Below, piece by piece: positions 57,076-64,000 of a stretch of 64,000 bases of DNA. The position numbers were made by a program, and so were the translations under genes. Location of the stretch: the NCBI GenBank assembly GCA_963845535.1, contig CAWJSK010000017.1, positions 1 through 64,000 on the forward strand. Direction: 5' to 3'. Under the pieces are notes generated by a model. It was given only the letters and a program-made list of their open reading frames with translations, was not told the origin of the DNA and did not search any database. Source of the DNA: an uncultured Spirochaetota bacterium. Its GTDB lineage: Bacteria > Spirochaetota > Spirochaetia > SZUA-6 > Fen-1364. The stretch's first letter is position 1. Each line of letters opens with the position of its first letter.

Positions 57076-57918
57076 ATGGATCTGTCCGGCAACGTGACCC
57101 TGGGCCACTTCACAATTCCGCTCCGTTTCCTTGCGGCCGGCGCGTGCCTTGCGGCGGCCATCCTTGTTGCCCGGGTCGCGTTGCGCAGGCACAGGCATTT
57201 GCGCGCCGTGGTCACCGAACGCCTGGCGAACGCGGTGGTGCTCTTCATTGCGGCCTGGAAGCTTGCGCCGGTAATCCTGCATCCCCTGGATTTCTTCCAT
57301 GATCCTCTCTCTCTTCTCATGGGCGCGCCAGGAATCGCCGGACTGATCGTCGGCGTTGCCGTGGCATCACTCTATGCCGTTTTTGCCTTGGTCCGGCCAC
57401 GCAGGCTCCGACGGGCCAGCGTTCTGCCGCTCCTCCTGTTCGCCGCGGTTATTGCCGCGGGAGTCGGCTTGGAAGCGGCCGGAGCACGTTCTACGACGCC
57501 TGGGCCCCTTGCCCCTGCGTTTTCTCTGCCCACGCTGAGCGGCAATTCCGTTTCCCTTACCTCGCTACGGGGGCGAGTCGTGGTGGTGAACTTCTGGGCC
57601 ACATGGTGTCCGCCGTGCAGGGCCGAGCTTCCGACATTGGCGGATTTCGCGCGCGGGCAAGGCGCCGCGGGCGCCGTACTGCTCTCCGTCAACCAGACCT
57701 CCACAGAGACCTCTGAAGAAGCGGTACGCGCCTTTGTGAAGAAATATGGGATTGTTACGGACGTGCTCCTGGACGGCACGGGTGCCGCCGCCAGAGCCTG
57801 GGACGTGCAGGCTTATCCCTCCACCTTTGTCGTGGATCCGAAGGGGCGGGTGAGCGCGAAGCGGACGGGAGCCGTGGACCTTGCGTGGCTGCGCGGTGAG
57901 GCGGCAGCTGCGCGATGA
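57076..57918 (+). CDS. TlpA-like disulfide reductase with N-terminal membrane domain
   Basis: VVVNFWATWCPPCRAELP; about four N-terminal TM helices. Confidence 0.9.
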   Translation: MDLSGNVTLGHFTIPLRFLAAGACLAAAILVARVALRRHRHLRAVVTERLANAVVLFIAAWKLAPVILHPLDFFHDPLSLLMGAPGIAGLIVGVAVASLYAVFALVRPRRLRRASVLPLLLFAAVIAAGVGLEAAGARSTTPGPLAPAFSLPTLSGNSVSLTSLRGRVVVVNFWATWCPPCRAELPTLADFARGQGAAGAVLLSVNQTSTETSEEAVRAFVKKYGIVTDVLLDGTGAAARAWDVQAYPSTFVVDPKGRVSAKRTGAVDLAWLRGEAAAAR

Positions 57919-58000
57919 GGCGGCCGGCGGCAGACTCAAAGCGCTCATTGCGTTACTATGGTTTCATCTCGCGCCTTCCAAGGCAAGTCAGGACGGACTT

Positions 58001-59836
58001 TTGACCCACAAAGATGCATCAAACCCGGCTATCCGCAACATCGCCATAATCGCGCACGTCGACCACGGCAAGACCACCCTCGTGGACGCCATGTTCAAGC
58101 AGTCCGGCGTGTTCCGCGACGGGCAGGAAACCCAGGAACGTCTCATGGACAGCATGGACCTGGAGCGCGAACGCGGAATCACCATTGCCGCCAAGAACTG
58201 CTCGGTGGTCTGGAAAGGAGTCAAGATCAACATCCTGGACACCCCCGGCCACGCGGATTTCGGCGGCGAGGTGGAACGCGCCCTTTCCATGGTGGATGGC
58301 GCCGTTCTCCTGGTGGACGCATCCGAAGGTCCGCTCCCGCAGACCCGGTTCGTTCTCAGCAAAGCGCTGGCCAGCCGTCTGTCCATCATCGTCGTCATCA
58401 ACAAGATCGATCGGCCGGACGCCCGCCCTGCCGAGGTTCTGAACCAGATCTACGACCTGTTCATCGATCTGGGTGTGACGGAGGAGCAGCTTGAGTTTCC
58501 TCTCCTGTACGCAATCGGCAAGCTGGGCATCGCAAAGGATGCGCTCAATGGGGAAAGCGACAACCTGCACCCATTGCTCGATGCGATTGTCCGCGAGATT
58601 GATCCGCCCAAGTACACGACCTCGGAGCCTTTCCAGATGCTTGTCTCGGACCTTTCCTATTCGGACTATTTCGGCCGTCAGGCAATCGGCAAGGTCATCA
58701 ACGGCCGGGCTCATTCCAAGGACCCGCTGGTGTGCATTGGCGAAGGCGACGTTCGTGAGGACTTGAGCATCACCAAGCTGCATACCTACACGGGGCCGAA
58801 GCTCGTGGAAAGCGACAGCGCGGAGCCCGGCGACATCGTCGTGCTCTCGGGGATAGAGAACGTGCACATCGGAGATACCATCTGCAACAGGGATTTCCCG
58901 AAGGCGCTCAAGCGGATCATCATCGATGAGCCCACGGTTTCCATGCGCTTTTACGTGAACACCTCGCCTCTGTCAGGCCTTGAAGGAAAGAACGTCCAGT
59001 CCGGGAGGCTCTTCGAGCGGCTTCGCAAGGAGACGCTCAACAACGTTTCCATCCAGGTGGAGGAAGTGAAAGGCGAGGGCGGATATATCGTTCGGGGCAG
59101 GGGAGAGTTTCAGCTTGTCATCCTGATCGAAATGCTTCGACGCGAGGATTTCGAGGTCTGCGTGAGCCGGCCCGAAGTCATCTTCAAGCACGAGAATGGA
59201 CAGAAGCTCGAGCCCATCGAGCACCTCTTTGTGGACTGCAACGAGGCGTTTGTGGGCGTTGTGACGGAAAAACTGTCGGCGCGAAAAGGCAGGATGCTCG
59301 TATACACCTGTCACGAGGGAGGCCGTGTCCATCTGGAGTTTTCAGTTCCGTCGCGCGCCCTCATTGGATACCGCGACCTTTTCCTGACCGACACCAAGGG
59401 GACGGGCATCATGAACTCGTATCTTTTGGGATACGAGGAATACCGCGGCGACTTTGTGAACCGGTTTACCGGCTCCATGGTGTCTGACCGCAGCGGCGCC
59501 GCGGTGATCTACGGCCTGTATCACCTCGAGCCGCGGGGGCAGCTCTTCATCGTCCCCGGCGAGCGGGTGTACGAGGGAATGATCGTTGGCGAGCACAACC
59601 TCGACTCGGAACTGAACGTCAATCCGTGCAAGGAGAAGAAGCTCTCCAATATGCGCTCCGTCTCCCACGATGAAGCGCTGACCCTTACGCCGGTGCAGCC
59701 CATGACCCTGGAAAAAGCAATCCAGTATCTGGCGGATGATGAAATGGTGGAAGTCACGCCGAAGTCCATACGCCTTCGCAAGACCATCCTGCTCGCCCAG
59801 GACCGCGTCTACAGCCGGCGCGTCGGCCGAACCTGA
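58001..59836 (+). CDS. typA: Translational GTPase TypA/BipA
   Basis: IRNIAIIAHVDHGKTTLVD, DTPGHADFGGEVER and EVTPKSIRLRK; TTG start inferred. Confidence 0.97.
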   Translation: MTHKDASNPAIRNIAIIAHVDHGKTTLVDAMFKQSGVFRDGQETQERLMDSMDLERERGITIAAKNCSVVWKGVKINILDTPGHADFGGEVERALSMVDGAVLLVDASEGPLPQTRFVLSKALASRLSIIVVINKIDRPDARPAEVLNQIYDLFIDLGVTEEQLEFPLLYAIGKLGIAKDALNGESDNLHPLLDAIVREIDPPKYTTSEPFQMLVSDLSYSDYFGRQAIGKVINGRAHSKDPLVCIGEGDVREDLSITKLHTYTGPKLVESDSAEPGDIVVLSGIENVHIGDTICNRDFPKALKRIIIDEPTVSMRFYVNTSPLSGLEGKNVQSGRLFERLRKETLNNVSIQVEEVKGEGGYIVRGRGEFQLVILIEMLRREDFEVCVSRPEVIFKHENGQKLEPIEHLFVDCNEAFVGVVTEKLSARKGRMLVYTCHEGGRVHLEFSVPSRALIGYRDLFLTDTKGTGIMNSYLLGYEEYRGDFVNRFTGSMVSDRSGAAVIYGLYHLEPRGQLFIVPGERVYEGMIVGEHNLDSELNVNPCKEKKLSNMRSVSHDEALTLTPVQPMTLEKAIQYLADDEMVEVTPKSIRLRKTILLAQDRVYSRRVGRT

Positions 59837-59842
59837 GCGCGG

Positions 59843-61003
59843 CTATTCCTTCGCGACCCCTCCAAGGAGTCTGCGAAGGAAAGGAACCTTCAGCCTGACA
59901 GCGCCTTCAGGACACAGTTCCTGGCAGCAATAGCAGCGGATGCAGCGTTCGTATTTGTAGGACGGCGGGACTTTCCTGTCTCCCTCATGCCAGTCCACGG
60001 CCTTTGGATCCACGGGGCAGGCCTTCACACATGTCCCGCACTGGGTGCACTTCTCTGCAACGATGTACGGCTTTGGAACAAGAGCGTTTCGGAGAAAGCC
60101 GCTCCCTTTGCCGCGGGAGTAGGGCTGGACGGGCTCCCGCTTCACATCGAAGCGCTTGTCGACAAAGCTTTCAAAGGGATCACCGACCAGCTCGATTTCG
60201 TCGCTTTTCCAGGTTCCGGTCTTTGCCTCCATCCCGAGCGTGATCGTTGGAACGAACTCCGGATTCATATCGACCATTCTGCAAACCGTTGCGTCCAGGG
60301 CGATGGGATCAGCGGAGAACAAAAGGACCTTCATTGGTCTTGCCCTGCCGCCTCGGGGCCCATTTCCTTCCATGGCGATGATGCCGTCCATGACGTACAA
60401 TCTCGGTTTCAGGAATGCGTTCAGGTCGACGAGCATCCTGGCAAAATCGATTGCGCTGGCGAGCTTGACGTGGAACTCACCTTTCAAGGCTCCCGGGACG
60501 CAGCCGAACTGGTTCTTCACGCAGCCCGTCATGCGTTCAAGCCCATGGGTTTTCAGCTTGGGCAGGCTGATGATGCCGTCACAATCAAGGGCGCCGTTCG
60601 CTATGACAAACTTTTTGTTCTGGATGCCTTTATCGAAGACGATCTCTTTTCCCTGCTTGAAATCCGCCAGCGTGACTTCTTCCGCCTCAGCGATGGGCTG
60701 AAAGCCGGTCATCCGTGAGGCGTGCTCCGGGCTCTGGATGGCAGGGGAATCACCGAAGGACAATACCGCGCCAGTAGTTTTGAAAACCTCGACCATGGCC
60801 TTGAAGACCATGGGGTGCGTCGTGGTAAGTTTTTCCGGACGGTCTGCCACCAGCCAGTTGGGCTTGAAAAGGATTCTTTCCCCTGACGTGGCAAACATGC
60901 CCGGACCTCCGAGCAGGTCGACGCCTTTTCGGACTGCGCTCCTGACGTTCTCATATTCATAATTCTCGCACCTGACGAGCGCAACCTTCGACGCGGTGTT
61001 CAT
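59843..61003 (-). CDS. DUF362 domain protein with C-terminal 2x[4Fe-4S] ferredoxin
   Basis: KPNW, LPKLKTH, MEGNGP; CTQCGTCVKACP and CIRCYCCQELCP. Confidence 0.92.
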   Translation of the reverse strand: MNTASKVALVRCENYEYENVRSAVRKGVDLLGGPGMFATSGERILFKPNWLVADRPEKLTTTHPMVFKAMVEVFKTTGAVLSFGDSPAIQSPEHASRMTGFQPIAEAEEVTLADFKQGKEIVFDKGIQNKKFVIANGALDCDGIISLPKLKTHGLERMTGCVKNQFGCVPGALKGEFHVKLASAIDFARMLVDLNAFLKPRLYVMDGIIAMEGNGPRGGRARPMKVLLFSADPIALDATVCRMVDMNPEFVPTITLGMEAKTGTWKSDEIELVGDPFESFVDKRFDVKREPVQPYSRGKGSGFLRNALVPKPYIVAEKCTQCGTCVKACPVDPKAVDWHEGDRKVPPSYKYERCIRCYCCQELCPEGAVRLKVPFLRRLLGGVAKE

Positions 61004-61104
61004 GGGGCTTCCTTTAGGCTGAGCGGATGTTCAACAAGACAGCATCTGGCGTGAGTCTGTCAAGGCCAATGCGTCACGCAGACCGAAGCCAGGGAGAACG
61101 CGCC

Positions 61105-61470
61105 TCACGCGAGGCGGGAGAGGACCCCCCGGATGTCGGAGAAATCAATCGGTTTGGTGAGGTAACCAACCAGCGCGACCCCTGCCACGCGCTCGACTGC
61201 TGCCTGGGTGGAGTGCCCCGTCATGAAGACGAACGCAACCCGCTCCTCACGGGAAATAGCTTCGGCTGCTTCGATGCCGTCCATCCTTCCCGCCAACCGG
61301 ATGTCCATGAATACGATGTCGGGGTGGTCTTCTCTTGCCTTTTGCACGGCTTCCTCGCCCGTGGCTGAGAAACCCACCACCTCGTAGCCCTCACGCCGCA
61401 GATAGGCGCCCAATGCCATCGCCGTCAAGGCCTCATCCTCGACAATGAGGATCCTCTTCGCGCTATCCAT
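61105..61470 (-). CDS. Single-domain response regulator
   Basis: ILIVEDE, FMDIRL and YLTKP. Confidence 0.93.
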   Translation of the reverse strand: MDSAKRILIVEDEALTAMALGAYLRREGYEVVGFSATGEEAVQKAREDHPDIVFMDIRLAGRMDGIEAAEAISREERVAFVFMTGHSTQAAVERVAGVALVGYLTKPIDFSDIRGVLSRLA

Positions 61471-62749
61471 TGGACCTCACCCTCTCCTCGTACAACCTTC
61501 GTTTGAATCTGATGATGTATCCGACGCCGCCGTTGGCGCTGAAATTGATTTCACCCTGCATCTGGTGCGTCACGATGGTAAAGACCGTCTGCAGTCCCAT
61601 CTTGCCATCGGTGGAAACGACAAACCCTTCCGGAACGCCGATCCCATCGTCTGAAATCCGAAGCTCGACGAAATCCCCCTCAGCCTTTCTCATGGCAATG
61701 CTGATCCTGCCGCGCCGCTCGCCGGGGAAGGCGTATTTCAGGGAGTTCGACACGATTTCGCTGATGACGAGGCCGCACGGGATGGCGGTGTCGATCAGGA
61801 GCGGGACGCTCTCAATGTCCAGGGAGAGGTCGATCTTCCCGGGAGGCACGCCGTATCCCTTGATCAGCAGGACAACCAGGTCGCGCACGTAGTCCGCCAT
61901 GTCGATATTCGAAAGGTCGTGGGATTCGTAGAGCTTCTGATGGACCAAAGACATCGATCCGATCTTGTTGATCACGTCGTTGAAGATGACTTTTGGCGCT
62001 TCCTCCTGGAGCTCGGTCGAATGGAGCATGAGCAGTGACGAAACGACCTGCATGTTGTTCTTCGAGCGATGGTAGAGCTCGCGGATCAGGGTTTCCTTCT
62101 CCGCAAGGTTCTTGCGAACTTTCGCTTCAGCCGCGGCGAGAGACTTGAAGGAGGTATCGACTCCACGGATCAGCATTGCGTTGGCCACGGCGAAGGTGAG
62201 GTCGATGAGGAAGATATTCGTGCACTGGATGACCCAGGAGAAGAACCGGAAGTTCCTGAGCACGTCCCATCCGATCAGACCGAGGGAATGAAGAACCGCG
62301 AAGGTCATGCCCGTGAGAAAGTCGATGCCGCCCATCAGCAACGAGGCTCGAAAGCCGATGAACAGGCTCGTGATGAGGACGCAGACGGAGAACCATATCC
62401 CGCTCTCCCCCTCGGGGCCGGCAAGGACGAGTGACGTCACGCCCACCGCCCAGAAGCTCGCCGCAATCACGATGGTTTTCGCCTTGACGGTGAACCGCGT
62501 GAAGAGAATCATGGAGACGTTGATTGCGTATAAGATCAGAAAGACGACGGCGAGCGGTCTTCCCGTGGAAAAAAGCCAGATGCTCGCGGGAATGATGCAC
62601 ATGGTGCCGGCAAGGATCCCCGCCAGGGCAATGACGTAGAACGTGAAACGCTGCCAGTACTCGATGGAGTTCCTGTCTGCGGGACCGACATAGAAGGCAA
62701 TCACCCGAGCTGGTGCGGAGACCATGGTGGCGAACAGGTTCTGGCGCAT
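61463..62749 (-). CDS. Membrane sensor histidine kinase (HisKA_2/PdtaS-like)
   Basis: ELYHRSKNNMQVVSSLL, EIVSNSLKYAF and DDGIG; multi-TM N-terminus; upstream TTGACA-17-TACGGT. Confidence 0.92.
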   Translation of the reverse strand: MRQNLFATMVSAPARVIAFYVGPADRNSIEYWQRFTFYVIALAGILAGTMCIIPASIWLFSTGRPLAVVFLILYAINVSMILFTRFTVKAKTIVIAASFWAVGVTSLVLAGPEGESGIWFSVCVLITSLFIGFRASLLMGGIDFLTGMTFAVLHSLGLIGWDVLRNFRFFSWVIQCTNIFLIDLTFAVANAMLIRGVDTSFKSLAAAEAKVRKNLAEKETLIRELYHRSKNNMQVVSSLLMLHSTELQEEAPKVIFNDVINKIGSMSLVHQKLYESHDLSNIDMADYVRDLVVLLIKGYGVPPGKIDLSLDIESVPLLIDTAIPCGLVISEIVSNSLKYAFPGERRGRISIAMRKAEGDFVELRISDDGIGVPEGFVVSTDGKMGLQTVFTIVTHQMQGEINFSANGGVGYIIRFKRRLYEERVRSNG

Positions 62750-62901
62750 CCTCTGTCCCGAGCTCACGACCTTCTCCTTGCCGTCCAGGACTCTTTGCCT
62801 CTCCTGGAGTAACCGTACTCCGCTGCACCACAATTGTCAATTTTTGAGGGATCATACCGATCATACCACGAGGCTGTTGACCCCTGGACCCGGGCGGCGT
62901 C

Positions 62902-63144
62902 GTGGCCGTGCAGGGGGACCGCGTCCAGGTGATGTCGACGTATTTCCTGTGCGGCTACGCGGGTTTGAGCCTGCCCGTGCTCGGAGCGGGGGAGCTCTCC
63001 CGCGCGGTTGGCGTGCTCCCGTCCACTGAAATCACCAGCGCGTTCCTGACCGCCTTGATCCTGGTGGCAGCGTATTTCACGGTGCGCGCCGCCGTGCCGG
63101 TTTCCGAAGCAGGCGCCGTCAACCCTTCACGGCGCCAAGCGTAA
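62902..63144 (+). pseudogene. C-terminal fragment of an MFS transporter
   Basis: RVQVMSTYFLCGYAGLSLPVLGAG corresponds to the last two MFS helices; rest of gene absent. Confidence 0.65.
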
Positions 63145-63937
63145 GGCCCTGCACGACGTACTTCTGGAAAATCATCGTGAGGATGATGGCCGGTGTCATG
63201 ATGGCCACCGCGGCCGCCATGACCGCTCCCCAGTCCACCTCGGCATAAGAGACGAAGTTGTAGACCGCGATGGGCAGAGTGCGCGTCTTTTCCATGCTCA
63301 GCACCTGGGAGAACATGAAGTTGTTCCAGGAGAAGATGAAGGAGAGGGTGGTGGCGGTGGCAATCCCGGGTCCGGCAAGCGGAAGGATGAGAGAAAGAAG
63401 CGTCCGTTGCCTTGTTGCGCCGTCCACCATTGCTGATTCATCGATCTCCACGGGGATGCTCCTGAAGTAGCTGGACATCACCCAGACCACCACGGGAAGA
63501 ACTATCAGCATGTGGGAAAGCACGAGCGCTACGTAGGTGTCCATCAGGCCGAGCCGGGAGAAGAGGATGTACCACGGCAACAGGAAGGATATCCCCGGCA
63601 GCAGGCGCGCCACGAGGATGAACACGGAGAGCCTACGCTGGCGGAACCGGGCAATGGCGTAGGCTGCCGGAAGCCCCAGAAGGAGCGAGGCGCCAACTGA
63701 CGTCACGCCCACCACCGTGGAGTTCAGGAAGTACTTGGGAAAGTTCTGCTCCGCAAACACGCGCACGTAGTTGGAAAGCACAGGGGTGAAGGAGAACAGC
63801 CGCGGCGGAGAGGCAATGATGTCCACCTGCCTCTTGAACGACGAGCTGAGGATCCAGAAGAACGGAAAGAGGATCACGAGGGAAACCAGGAGGATCAGGG
63901 CTGAGGCGAGGATCCGGCCCGCCAGTCGTTGCTTCAT
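63119..63937 (-). CDS. Carbohydrate ABC transporter permease
   Basis: IPVEIDESAMVDGA EAA loop; ends GLTLGAVKG. Confidence 0.93.
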   Translation of the reverse strand: MKQRLAGRILASALILLVSLVILFPFFWILSSSFKRQVDIIASPPRLFSFTPVLSNYVRVFAEQNFPKYFLNSTVVGVTSVGASLLLGLPAAYAIARFRQRRLSVFILVARLLPGISFLLPWYILFSRLGLMDTYVALVLSHMLIVLPVVVWVMSSYFRSIPVEIDESAMVDGATRQRTLLSLILPLAGPGIATATTLSFIFSWNNFMFSQVLSMEKTRTLPIAVYNFVSYAEVDWGAVMAAAVAIMTPAIILTMIFQKYVVQGLTLGAVKG

Positions 63938-63947
63938 CCCTTCTGCC

Positions 63948-64000
63948 TCACCTTTCTGACAACCGCTGCAGTCTCACAATGCCCAGGCTGAAGAGGAGCA
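63948..64000 (-). CDS. 3' end of upstream gene, probably ABC permease (partial)
   Basis: LLFSLGIVRLQRLSER* ending 10 nt before the next permease start. Confidence 0.55.
   Translation of the reverse strand, partial: LLFSLGIVRLQRLSER

Overview
GC-rich bacterial chromosomal window with about 50 protein-coding genes. The lipobox styles and gene content suggest an uncultured Spirochaetia-like organism; this is inference only. No rRNA, tRNA, CRISPR array, transposase or integrase was recognised. The left ~16 kb is an accessory, decaying region: TetR/TrmB/AraC regulators, detoxification enzymes, an MFS-SnoaL fusion, a patatin/metallophosphoesterase operon and several gene relics. Next come an alpha-2-macroglobulin/pbpC pair and the most unusual locus (25.6-33.8 kb), five consecutive predicted lipoproteins: DUF3160, MEMO1/AmmeMemoRadiSam-B, a UPF0489(arginase-fold)-AMMECR1 fusion embedded antisense with no intergenic space, a CapA metallophosphatase, and a helical-repeat protein with a degenerate DNase I-like domain. 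No radical SAM partner was found in the window. The right half holds a multi-PAS hybrid kinase, a sugar ABC system with a xylose-isomerase-like enzyme, an ABC-F ATPase, a DUF6976 pair, prkA-yeaH-spoVR, a signal-peptide-bearing isoaspartyl methyltransferase paired with a spermidine-synthase-like membrane protein, a sulfocyanin-like lipoprotein, TlpA, typA, DUF362 and a two-component pair. Four genes show a -10 hexamer exactly 6 nt before the start codon (probable leaderless mRNAs). Four short indels disrupt otherwise intact genes, reflecting either assembly error or recent decay. All family calls are by motif recognition, not database search.
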